Below are positions 1-8,576 of a stretch of 33,062 nt of DNA, in pieces. The stretch spans positions 1 through 33,062 of the forward strand of contig CAZLQT010000003.1 of the NCBI GenBank assembly GCA_964561815.1. The letters are read 5' to 3'. The notes under the pieces were generated by a model. The model had not been told where the DNA came from and made no database searches. It was given only the letters and a program-made list of their open reading frames with translations. A program made the position numbers and the translations under genes. Each line of letters opens with the position of its first letter. Positions within the stretch are counted from its first letter, which is position 1. Source of the DNA: an uncultured Woeseia sp. GTDB taxonomy: Bacteria; Pseudomonadota; Gammaproteobacteria; Steroidobacterales; UBA11654.

Positions 1-631
1 CCTTTTGATTAATATCAGGGTGATCTCTCGGCCAGTTTTTTGAATATTTCCACCATATTGCTGAACCGATCAGGCCTAATATTGAAATCAGGAAGAATGT
101 GGATTGCCAACCAAAATACTCAGCTAAAAGAACGATTAGAGGTGGAGTCGATGCAGATCCCAATGCGAGTGCTGTGGAAGTCATTCCATTCGGAAGCGCC
201 CAAGACCCTGAAGGAAACCATCGTGCTATTACTCCACCTGCCATAGCAGGGAATAAAGGACCTTGGAATACCCCTAATAGGAATCGACAGATAAATAAAA
301 GCGGAATCATCAAAGCTATTGAGAAACCAGCTATTACAATGAAACCAGAAAGCACTGTGATTAAAGTGCAACCCAATATACAGAGAGCTAGTGTGCTTTT
401 AGGCCCTATTTTCTCTGAAAGCAAACCTCCTGGAAATTGAAAGAGTGTGTAACCCCATAAAAAAGAGGAAAGAAGCCAGCCTAATTGTATTTGTGTGATG
501 CCAATATCGTCCATCAAATATTTACCAATGACTGAAAGATTGCCTCTAAATACATAAGCTATATATCCAAGCAAAAGGGTAATAAAGAGAACTCTCCATC
601 TAATATTTGTTGGTTTAACTGAGTTAATCAA
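1..631 (-). CDS. MFS transporter, anion:cation symporter (ACS; D-galactonate/glucarate-type) family, 3'-truncated by the window edge
   Basis: Not in the ORF track because it runs off the edge. Manual translation from TTG at 631 gives MINSVKPTNIRWRVLFITLLLGYIAYVFRGNLSVIGKYLMDDIGITQIQLGWLLSSFLWGYTLFQFPGGLLSEKIGPK, with the ACS-type RW...R.NLS and Y..FQ.PGG.L.E+.G motifs. The start overlaps the Rieske gene stop by 8 bp. Confidence 0.85.
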   Translation of the reverse strand, partial: MINSVKPTNIRWRVLFITLLLGYIAYVFRGNLSVIGKYLMDDIGITQIQLGWLLSSFLWGYTLFQFPGGLLSEKIGPKSTLALCILGCTLITVLSGFIVIAGFSIALMIPLLFICRFLLGVFQGPLFPAMAGGVIARWFPSGSWALPNGMTSTALALGSASTPPLIVLLAEYFGWQSTFFLISILGLIGSAIWWKYSKNWPRDHPDINQK

Positions 632-1700
632 AGCTGATATCCAATTTTTCTGATATATATTTTCTGATGTCTAAATTTTCGTCTTCCATTTTTCCGTAAT
701 AACCGTATTCAAAGACAGATGAATTCATACCTTTTTGGACTTTTTCACATATACCCCAGTCTTGTTTGTTGATCATGTTCCAAAATTCTGCTGCATCAGA
801 GGGATCAAAATCATTCATCTCAATAGCTTCTGGGTGGAAGAGAATTCTGCAGTCAATTGAGGTTTTATTTGTATCTTCAGGCGAGATAATGAAAGCAGCC
901 ACATGATCCATAGATAAACTTATCAATAAGTTTGGGTAAATTGCTTGCCCGAAATGCCTTTCTTGTTCGTTTTTATTTAATCCTGGAAATGGAGGTCTGT
1001 TAGTGGTTCCTGAAAAAGTGAAAGTGTTTGTCCCGTCTCTTTGAGGGATGCCCTCCTCCCAATTTAAGGCTGATCCTCCATTTTCTCTGAACGCAGGTAC
1101 AACTTTACATAATTCAGGATGAACCCCTGCACAATGGTAGCATTCGTTGTAATTTTCAATAATGACTTTCCAATTGGATTCTACCGAATAGTTATATTTA
1201 GAAGAAGACAGAAGATCTTCTAATGGATAACGCTTAAATTGTTCTTTTATGTTTCCCAGTTGATTGCTGAGAGTTTGTTCTCCATTAATATTGAGAAAAA
1301 TAAAACCTCCCCATGTGTCAAGGTTTACTCGGTTTAAATGAAATTTTGGATCATCTAGATCGACATTGAGGTGAGGTGTTTTAGCTACTGACCCATCAAA
1401 GTTATATGTCCAAGAATGATAGGGGCAAATAATATTCCTTTTTAACTGACCAGATGTCTTATTTTCTATAAGCTGACATCCTCTGTGCTTACAAAAGTTG
1501 TGAAAAGCCCTTATTGATTGGTCATTAGATCTTAAAAGAAAAATGCTTTCCCCACCTACATCGATTGCCTTGAAATCGCCAACATTGGGAATATCTTCCT
1601 CTCTGCCGCAACAAAACCATTCTTTATGAAAGATATTTTCACATTCTTTTTTAAACCAATCAGATTTAAAGTAAAGGTCTTTATGTAAGGTTTTTTCCAT
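624..1700 (-). CDS. Rieske non-heme iron oxygenase alpha subunit (GbcA/choline monooxygenase/Stc2-like group)
   Basis: Rieske ligands CKHRG and CPYHSW; mononuclear-iron motif NWKVIIENYNECYHCAGVHP; C-terminal QDWGICEKVQKG. Substrate not assignable. Confidence 0.9.
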   Translation of the reverse strand: MEKTLHKDLYFKSDWFKKECENIFHKEWFCCGREEDIPNVGDFKAIDVGGESIFLLRSNDQSIRAFHNFCKHRGCQLIENKTSGQLKRNIICPYHSWTYNFDGSVAKTPHLNVDLDDPKFHLNRVNLDTWGGFIFLNINGEQTLSNQLGNIKEQFKRYPLEDLLSSSKYNYSVESNWKVIIENYNECYHCAGVHPELCKVVPAFRENGGSALNWEEGIPQRDGTNTFTFSGTTNRPPFPGLNKNEQERHFGQAIYPNLLISLSMDHVAAFIISPEDTNKTSIDCRILFHPEAIEMNDFDPSDAAEFWNMINKQDWGICEKVQKGMNSSVFEYGYYGKMEDENLDIRKYISEKLDISFD

Positions 1701-2455
1701 CAGCTTAGTTTTTTTACATATTTTTTATTAGCCTCTTTATCTTCTGGGCTGGCGAGAGATTTCAACATTAATTCTCCATCTTCTTTGGAGTTGTAATTTC
1801 CGTTTCTTATAGAAATTAATTGTTGTTTTGTAATCTTTAAAGCCATCTCAGGCTTTTTCCCAATAATTTTTGCTAAGCCCGCTGATTCTTTTTTAAAATC
1901 CTCATTTTTTATAACTCTACTGATAAAGCCAATATCATAGGCTTCGTTTGCATCAAATTTCCTGCATGTCGTCACCAAATCAGTTGCAAAAGAAAATCCT
2001 ACCAAACGAACAAGATAATCTAGACCTCCCCAGGTTAAAGGGATTCCAGCATCAAGCTCTGGTATAAAGAAGCTACTGTTATCTGATGCGATTCTTATGT
2101 CACATGCTGAAGCAAGAACCATCGCACCCCCAATACAATGGCCTTGAATAGCAGCTATAGTGATTTGTGGGAGTGAAGAGAGAGTTTCAGTTGCAACTCT
2201 GCCTAAATCAGCTGCTTCACGAGGATCACTGACTAATATCTTTTGAAAGGAAGGCAGATCAGCACCAGAAGAGAAGTTTTCTTCTGAGCCTTCCAAAACT
2301 ACAACTCTAATGTCATCATCATTTTTTATAAAGTTACAAAGATCAATGAGTTCATGTAGTAAATCTGGGGATAGTGAATTTAAGGTAGACGGACGATTAA
2401 ATTCTACATGCATAACTCCAATTAATGATTTAAATGTAGTTTTTAAATCTGTCAT
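1700..2455 (-). CDS. Enoyl-CoA hydratase/isomerase (crotonase superfamily) protein
   Basis: FNRP..LNSL, FSSGADL oxyanion loop, IAAIQGHCIGGA, ACDIRIA, IPELDAG. TGATG overlap with the Rieske start. Confidence 0.9.
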   Translation of the reverse strand: MTDLKTTFKSLIGVMHVEFNRPSTLNSLSPDLLHELIDLCNFIKNDDDIRVVVLEGSEENFSSGADLPSFQKILVSDPREAADLGRVATETLSSLPQITIAAIQGHCIGGAMVLASACDIRIASDNSSFFIPELDAGIPLTWGGLDYLVRLVGFSFATDLVTTCRKFDANEAYDIGFISRVIKNEDFKKESAGLAKIIGKKPEMALKITKQQLISIRNGNYNSKEDGELMLKSLASPEDKEANKKYVKKLS

Positions 2456-2469
2456 CAGCTCAAACCCTA

Positions 2470-3654
2470 TTAAGGATTAACACCATACCCTGCTGAATTC
2501 ATTCGATAAGTGATTCCTTTTTTTTGATTCTTTTCCAATTCAATGTATTTTTTGATCTCAGCAGCCTTTGATTTTTTATCAAAATTATCCATAGCTAGCC
2601 CCATTCTATGATTTGATTCCAGTAGGTAATTTATTTCACCCTTCATTATCTTCTGGTAAATTTCTAATGAGTTAGTGATTTCACTTTTATTAAAACTTTT
2701 TGGTTCAGGCAATAATCTTACCAATTCATCTATACATTTGATTGTGGTGTTCATTCCTTGGCTTCTTCCAGGATGAAGTCCGTGACATGCATCACCAATA
2801 AGCACTAGATTATCTTTTGTCCAGCGTTTTGCAATAATCATCGATGGTGGGTAGATGCCTGCTGAATACATCGGTAGGGATTTATATTCTGTGACCAATG
2901 AGCCTATAAAATTTGTGTAATCTTGATCACTCATTTTTTTCCATTCTTTAACCTCATTCCTGTCGATGGTCAGCCCAATTTTACAGCCTCCTTTTGATCG
3001 AGGTATCATTGTGACTATACCTCTATCTGTAAGATAGGTTCTTAGGTTGTTTTCTGAATCTGCTTCGTAGTCTTGAGAAAAAAGTACAGCTAAGGCTCTT
3101 TTATATCGAAATGTTTCTCTTTCTAATTCAAATTTTCGAGCAACGTTTGACGCAACACCATCAGCGCCAACAACTAACTTGGTAGATATAGTGTGCTCAG
3201 TTTTGTCCTTCAATATTAATTGATACAAACTTTCATTATTATCTGTGGATACATGTTGACAATTAATAATAGGCCTATAAAGGCTAAAGTTTTCATCCTT
3301 TGACGCGAATTTTAAAAACACATCACTGATATCTTCATGGTTGATGAACATAAAGAAAGGCTGAGGAATATCTAGTTTTGAGACATTGGCATCCATTAAA
3401 AAATTGGCTGATTCATCAAACCAAAGTGAACCGGCTCTTTTTTTGGCGCCCGCATCAAAGAAATCATCCAAAACACCCCATTGATTAAGAATCTCGCAGA
3501 CAAAAGGCTGAATATGATCACCTCTTGCGGTATCTTGTGGTTTTTCTGATTTTTCAACAAGAACCACTTTATAGCCTTTATCGGTTAAGCAAGCTGCCAT
3601 AGCAGAACCGGCAACTCCGCCTCCGATAATGAGTACATCTGTTTCAATTCTCAT
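2470..3654 (-). CDS. FAD-dependent monooxygenase (UbiH/PHBH-like flavoprotein)
   Basis: GxGxxG (IIGGGVAG), DG motif (VVGADG) and GD motif (LIGDACHGLHPGRSQGMN). Confidence 0.88.
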   Translation of the reverse strand: MRIETDVLIIGGGVAGSAMAACLTDKGYKVVLVEKSEKPQDTARGDHIQPFVCEILNQWGVLDDFFDAGAKKRAGSLWFDESANFLMDANVSKLDIPQPFFMFINHEDISDVFLKFASKDENFSLYRPIINCQHVSTDNNESLYQLILKDKTEHTISTKLVVGADGVASNVARKFELERETFRYKRALAVLFSQDYEADSENNLRTYLTDRGIVTMIPRSKGGCKIGLTIDRNEVKEWKKMSDQDYTNFIGSLVTEYKSLPMYSAGIYPPSMIIAKRWTKDNLVLIGDACHGLHPGRSQGMNTTIKCIDELVRLLPEPKSFNKSEITNSLEIYQKIMKGEINYLLESNHRMGLAMDNFDKKSKAAEIKKYIELEKNQKKGITYRMNSAGYGVNP

Positions 3655-3674
3655 GCAATAGAACCCTCTGTTTA

Positions 3675-4379
3675 TTAAGTGATTTCTAAGCTATCAAGTA
3701 AGTAGTCTGATTTTAAGTGATCCCATCTTATTTTTACAATGATGAAATCGTCACTGTAGGTCCAAATGTGGATTGGTGGCCAGTCATAACCGACCACATC
3801 ACTGTCCCAACTCAATTGAAAATAGTTTGTTTTGAAGGTTCCTGCAGGGACAGATAATTCTTCGTTGCCATGAAAGCTTATATATTTTTCTGTCATCGTT
3901 ATATTTGGTCCTGTATTGCCATGAGGTGTTTTAGAGGTGGTTACACAGTTCTTAAAATGTTGTCTCTCTTCTTTGTTATCCATATCAAAGACGGCACAAC
4001 CCCAAGCATCATTTGCTACAGGGTGTGCGCCAAATGCCATAGGCCAACTATCAACTCTTTGTTGTTGTGTAAATCGACCTGCATCTCTTGTTATAGCTTC
4101 GCATTCAACCATCTGATCTGAGAAGTTATACCAAGTTGTTCCTTGAAAGGAGCCATCAACTGAGAGTCTGACAAAAGCATCTATAGGCAACCAATTCTTA
4201 TCAACGGTGTATACGACGTCTCTAAGGAGTTGGTCTTCATCGATTTCGCATCTAGCTCTTAGTGTCCTAAAACCATGGTTGTCTTTACTGATAGTGAAGT
4301 ACTCTCGCCCTACTTCACCTCGATCATCATGACAATAAAGAACTTTCCCTGAAATATATTTAAATGGCTTTTCACCCAT
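3675..4379 (-). CDS. Uncharacterised soluble protein, paralog of 16799-17533 (C-terminal E.L.VPAGTF motif reminiscent of DUF3108-like beta proteins)
   Basis: 234 aa ORF tightly packed in a co-oriented run; aligns end to end by eye with the 16799 ORF; no signal peptide or TM segment. Confidence 0.8.
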   Translation of the reverse strand: MGEKPFKYISGKVLYCHDDRGEVGREYFTISKDNHGFRTLRARCEIDEDQLLRDVVYTVDKNWLPIDAFVRLSVDGSFQGTTWYNFSDQMVECEAITRDAGRFTQQQRVDSWPMAFGAHPVANDAWGCAVFDMDNKEERQHFKNCVTTSKTPHGNTGPNITMTEKYISFHGNEELSVPAGTFKTNYFQLSWDSDVVGYDWPPIHIWTYSDDFIIVKIRWDHLKSDYLLDSLEIT

Positions 4380-4392
4380 TATAGATTCTGAA

Positions 4393-5454
4393 TTAAGGGT
4401 TCGAAATCTCTTTGACTAACTCGAGGGCAGTTTTATCACTATCAGGAAGAGCAGCGTCTGAGGTCTTAATCGATGTTACTCGGCTCCCCCAGTCAATAAC
4501 GGCAGCAGCTCCTGTTAAACCGCCTCCGAATGCCAGAAACAGCATCTTTGAGTTGGGCTGAACTTTACCTTCATCAAGAGCTTCTGTTAAAGCAATAGGG
4601 ATTGAGCCAGCAGAGGTGTTTCCATATTTATCAAGATTGATAATCATTTTCTCCATTGGAAAGTTACATCTTTTAGCGGTAGCTTCCAAAATTCTTAAGT
4701 TAGCCTGATGCGGTATACAAAGATCAATATCATCAACCGTAAGGTTTGATTCTTCTAAAGCTTCCTGAGCTAATCTAGCCATTGTTTTGACTGCATTTTT
4801 AAATATTTCTTGTCCCTCAAAATGAATACCTAGAAAATAACCATCTTTTGGATCTTTGAATTCCATGCTAGAGCCAAAATTATCAAGTTTTAGCGTATCA
4901 CCCAGAAAGGGATCACAGGTTAGTTTAGACGAGTAGAGCTTAGAGTCGTTATCAACTGCTTCAATCACTACAGCTCCACAACCGTCACCAAATAAAACAG
5001 CAGTATCTCTTGCACTCCAGTCAAGAAAGAAACTCACCTTTTCTCCGCCAACCAAGAGAATGTTTTTCATAACTCCAGAGGAAATCAATGAGTAGGCAGT
5101 GGTTAAGCCATAGACAAAACCAGTGCATGCAGAGTTCAGTTCAAAGGCCGCAGCATGTTTGTTACCGATATTTTCTTGTATTCTTGATGCTGTGGTTGGG
5201 ATGATGTATTGAGGTGTGCAGGTTGCCATAATAACCGCATCTATATCTTGGGGGTCTTTATCAGCCGCTGCAAGTGCGTGTTGGGCTGCAACAGTTCCCA
5301 TATCACTTAATGATGTATGAGCTATTCTCCTCTCTTTAACTCCTGTTCTGGAAATAATCCACTCATCATCCGTATCTAGAAATGTTTCAAGATCTTTATT
5401 TGTAAGTATTGAGGGTGGTGTGCATTTACCCCAACCTGTAATTTCTATACCCAT
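4393..5454 (-). CDS. fabH: 3-oxoacyl-ACP synthase III (FabH), variant with a C-terminal extension
   Basis: DEWIISRTG; catalytic Cys-His-Asn in SACTGF, IPHQANLRI and YGNTSAGSIP; also LFGDG and AFGGGLT. Confidence 0.92.
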   Translation of the reverse strand: MGIEITGWGKCTPPSILTNKDLETFLDTDDEWIISRTGVKERRIAHTSLSDMGTVAAQHALAAADKDPQDIDAVIMATCTPQYIIPTTASRIQENIGNKHAAAFELNSACTGFVYGLTTAYSLISSGVMKNILLVGGEKVSFFLDWSARDTAVLFGDGCGAVVIEAVDNDSKLYSSKLTCDPFLGDTLKLDNFGSSMEFKDPKDGYFLGIHFEGQEIFKNAVKTMARLAQEALEESNLTVDDIDLCIPHQANLRILEATAKRCNFPMEKMIINLDKYGNTSAGSIPIALTEALDEGKVQPNSKMLFLAFGGGLTGAAAVIDWGSRVTSIKTSDAALPDSDKTALELVKEISNP

Positions 5455-5490
5455 TTCTTCATCCCCTATTGAAGAAATTATAGTTTACCT

Positions 5491-6543
5491 TTATTTTTCT
5501 GATACCCCTAGTCGTTCTTGAAGTTTTGGACTGGTTGTTGTGTATTGAAGATGAACTTTTTTACCAGGCTCTATTATGGCTTTTGCAGCAAATGCAGCAA
5601 GCGCTGCCTCATGAAAACCACTGAGGATTAATTTTTTCTTTCCGGGGTAGTTTGAAATATCGCCTATGGCAAAGATTCCTGGAAGATTAGTTTGGAATTT
5701 TTCTGTATCAACCTCTATGGATTTCTTATTGATTTCAAGATTCCATTCAGCAATAGGACCTAGCTTGGGCGATAACCCAAAACAGACAAGCATGCTATCA
5801 GCAGCAATTGTTTTCTCTGCTTTGTCTACTTCTAAGGTTAATGATGTTAAGTTCTCATTATCCGTACTGTAGGATCTGAGCATGCTTTTTTCATAGAGGT
5901 TAATTTTCCCCTCACTTACTAAAGCTTTCATTGTCTTTACTGAAGCAAGAACTCCCCTATACTCATCTCTACGATGGACCAAGGTTACTTTACCCCCAGA
6001 AGCTATAAATTCGCTATCACTTGCAAAGTCGATAGCCCAATCAAGGGCCGAGTCTCCACCACCAAAGATAACGAGATTTTTACCAAAAAAATCTTTCTTG
6101 TTTTTAACTTTATAATGCAGCCATTTCTCTTCAAAGCTATCAATATCTTTTAATTTTATTTTTCTTGCTTGAAAAGAGCCTACGCCACCAGCTATAAAGA
6201 TAGTTTTAGTGATAAATTGGTTGTTAGTGCTAGTGGTAACAATATATTCTTCATTTTTACTCTCGACTGAAACAACTTCTTCTCCCAAATGAATCTCAGG
6301 TTTAAATGGTTCGATTTGCTTCATTAAATTATCAATCAATTCTTCAGCTGAACAAACTGGAATACCAGGGATATCATAAATGGGTTTATCAGGATAAAGT
6401 TCAGAGCATTGGCCACCAATTTTCTCCATACTATCAATGATCACAGAATCAATGCCGAGCAATCCTAATTCAAAGATTTGGAATATGCCGCAAGGGCCAG
6501 CTCCTACTATCAAAGCATCAATGTTTTTGGGTTCTTGACTCAT
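5491..6543 (-). CDS. Ferredoxin/flavodoxin-NADP+ reductase, thioredoxin-reductase-like (TrxB/YumC type)
   Basis: IVGAGPCG, GGQCSELYPDKPIYDIPG, GGGDSALDW, VHRR, GIFAIGD, KLILSGFHEA; no redox CxxC. Confidence 0.88.
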   Translation of the reverse strand: MSQEPKNIDALIVGAGPCGIFQIFELGLLGIDSVIIDSMEKIGGQCSELYPDKPIYDIPGIPVCSAEELIDNLMKQIEPFKPEIHLGEEVVSVESKNEEYIVTTSTNNQFITKTIFIAGGVGSFQARKIKLKDIDSFEEKWLHYKVKNKKDFFGKNLVIFGGGDSALDWAIDFASDSEFIASGGKVTLVHRRDEYRGVLASVKTMKALVSEGKINLYEKSMLRSYSTDNENLTSLTLEVDKAEKTIAADSMLVCFGLSPKLGPIAEWNLEINKKSIEVDTEKFQTNLPGIFAIGDISNYPGKKKLILSGFHEAALAAFAAKAIIEPGKKVHLQYTTTSPKLQERLGVSEK

Positions 6544-7504
6544 TATTTTGTAATCCTTTTAAATTTGAATACATGGGACTAAGTAAATTGGTTATTTGAA
6601 GATCCCAATTCAGTGTCCTCCCTTCAATCTTATATTTTCTTATACTCGCTACTTCCTTCAAGAAAGTAAAACTTTCTTCTATATTTAGATCTAGCTTTAA
6701 TAACTTATTAAGAGAATCAGGTAATAGATTGCTCTCTCCTTCATCCAAAAGATTATGATAAAGGAACTTGGAAAACCAGAAATAGAGTATTCTTAAGTTG
6801 GTCTCTAAATCTTCAGATTTCCAGGAACTAGAAAGCTTTGAAGGCTTTATTTTTTTTGTCAGAAGGTTTTCTAGATCCTTTGCCACTTGTTGGATTTGAC
6901 TATTTAAATACTCAAACCCAAGACTCTTCAGAAGAGTCGGCCTTGAGCCGAATATTTCAATTATTTGTGCCCAACTCTCTTCTGGATTGATGGCCTTCAA
7001 CCAGTTTAATGTTTCTTCTCTGGTCGGATTATTAACTTCAATAATTTGTACTCTACTGATAATGGTCTTAGGAAGATTATTATTAGATTCCGAGATTAAG
7101 ATTATCAATGTATCTTGTGGAGGTTCTTCAAGAATTTTTAATAGACTATTGGCTGCAGCTTTATTCATTGCATCAGCAGGGTTAATTATTGCCACTTTCC
7201 CCTTGCCTTTTAAGCTGGTGAGTAACATAAAGGACTTTAACGATCTTATTTGGTCTATAGAGATTATTTTTTTGCCTTCATCAGGATTAATCAGTTTACA
7301 GTCTGCGACTTTTCCTTCATTAATATCTTCTTCATCGAGATCAATATTTTCTGATAAGAATCCAGCAGCTAAGCTTAAAGCAAGTTTAGACCTACCAATT
7401 CCTCGATCTCCTTTTATTAATAATGCATGTGCACTTTGATGATCTTTTATGGGTTTAGATAGCCTTTTGTATAATTCATTCAGCCATGTCATTTCATTAA
7501 TCAT
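6518..7504 (-). CDS. holB: DNA polymerase III subunit delta'
   Basis: HALLI.G..GIG, ISIDQIR, AANSLLKILEEPP, TIISR; directly downstream of tmk with an ATGA overlap. Confidence 0.9.
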   Translation of the reverse strand: MINEMTWLNELYKRLSKPIKDHQSAHALLIKGDRGIGRSKLALSLAAGFLSENIDLDEEDINEGKVADCKLINPDEGKKIISIDQIRSLKSFMLLTSLKGKGKVAIINPADAMNKAAANSLLKILEEPPQDTLIILISESNNNLPKTIISRVQIIEVNNPTREETLNWLKAINPEESWAQIIEIFGSRPTLLKSLGFEYLNSQIQQVAKDLENLLTKKIKPSKLSSSWKSEDLETNLRILYFWFSKFLYHNLLDEGESNLLPDSLNKLLKLDLNIEESFTFLKEVASIRKYKIEGRTLNWDLQITNLLSPMYSNLKGLQNNESRTQKH

Positions 7505-8127
7505 ATTTTCTTTTTCATAAATTCTAATATGTGAGTTTGGATATTTGATTGAACTTGTTCTATTGGTTTGGTGGCATCAACAATAACCATTCTTTCTTTA
7601 TAAATATCTGCTAACTCGAGATAACCCTCTCTCACTTTTTCAAAAAATAGCTTGTCTTGAGATTCAAAACGGTCATTGGGATTAAGCTTTCTGCGCTTAG
7701 AAATAACATCAATAGGCGCATCTAAAAGAAAAGTCAGATCTGGATTAAAGTCACCCTGGATAATTTTTTTGATTTGATTGACTTGTTCAAACCCTAAGCC
7801 TCTTCCAAAACCTTGATAAGCAAAACTTGCATCAGTAAAACGATCGCAAATAACCCATTTGCCTTCTTCTAGATTAGGCCTGATTACTTCATTAATGTGT
7901 TTTTCTCTTGCCACAAATAGAAGAAGTAATTCACCCATAGGAGAAATACTGTCATCTTTTTCATACAAGAGTGTTTGTCTAATTTTTTCTCCTAATGAGG
8001 TACCTCCAGGTTCTCTGGTCATGTGTGTTTTTATATTTTTTTTATTTAGGAGATCGGATATAAATTTCGCATTGGTTGATTTACCAACACACTCTATCCC
8101 TTCAATTGTTATAAATAAGCCTGACAT
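7501..8127 (-). CDS. tmk: Thymidylate kinase
   Basis: FITIEG...GKST P-loop, TREPGGT, VICDRFTDASFAYQG, PDLTFLLD, DRFE. Confidence 0.96.
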   Translation of the reverse strand: MSGLFITIEGIECVGKSTNAKFISDLLNKKNIKTHMTREPGGTSLGEKIRQTLLYEKDDSISPMGELLLLFVAREKHINEVIRPNLEEGKWVICDRFTDASFAYQGFGRGLGFEQVNQIKKIIQGDFNPDLTFLLDAPIDVISKRRKLNPNDRFESQDKLFFEKVREGYLELADIYKERMVIVDATKPIEQVQSNIQTHILEFMKKKI

Positions 8128-8218
8128 ATGTCTCTATTCTAAATTATCATCTTAAGAACCTAAGATAATTCTTATTATGCATTAAATTAAAGGATTTAAT
8201 TCGAAAATCAAACAATAC

Positions 8219-8241
8219 GAAAAGAAGGATTTATTCCTTCT
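8219..8241 (-). terminator. Possible weak intrinsic terminator after acpP
   Basis: Minus strand AGAAGGA-ATAAA-TCCTTCT followed by TTT, about 30 bp after the acpP stop. Confidence 0.4.
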
Positions 8242-8269
8242 AATTTTCAATAAAAAGGCAGCGGTTTTA

Positions 8270-8503
8270 TTAGTCGGAGTTCTTATTGATATAGTCGATC
8301 GCAGTTTGCACCGTTGATATATTCTCCGCCTCTTCATCAGAGATTTCTATATCAAATTCTTCTTCAAGTGCCATGACTAGTTCAACAGTGTCTAATGAGT
8401 CGGCTCCTAGATCATCTATAAAGCTAGATTCATTGTTGATCTCGTCAACGCCAATACCAAGTTGCTCAGCTACAATGCCTTTAACTCTTTCATCAACGCT
8501 CAT
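8270..8503 (-). CDS. acpP: Acyl carrier protein
   Basis: [20 protein letters not shown] phosphopantetheine site; follows fabG. Confidence 0.98.
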   Translation of the reverse strand: MSVDERVKGIVAEQLGIGVDEINNESSFIDDLGADSLDTVELVMALEEEFDIEISDEEAENISTVQTAIDYINKNSD

Positions 8504-8531
8504 GTGTTTCCCCTATATTCAGATATTTCGT

Positions 8532-8559
8532 ATTGTATGAAAAATCATTCTTTTCTCAA
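8532..8559 (-). promoter_or_regulatory. Putative sigma70 promoter for acpP
   Basis: Minus strand TTGAGA-N16-TACAAT, then an AGGGGA RBS before the ATG. Confidence 0.45.
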
Positions 8560-8576
8560 GCAATTTTGGAGAAATA

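Noticed and set aside
40-440. Short ORFs 40-246 (+), 99-440 (+) and 120-371 (-)
   Set aside because: They are antisense or off-frame shadows of the real minus-strand MFS gene (631 to <1).
5491-6543. Thioredoxin reductase (trxB) call
   Set aside because: No redox-active CxxC; the motifs match TrxB-like ferredoxin-NADP reductases.
8128-8269. Possible remnant of fabF/pabC/mltG or a small RNA between acpP and tmk
   Set aside because: No recognisable coding remnant or RNA motif; only short AT-rich imperfect inverted repeats.
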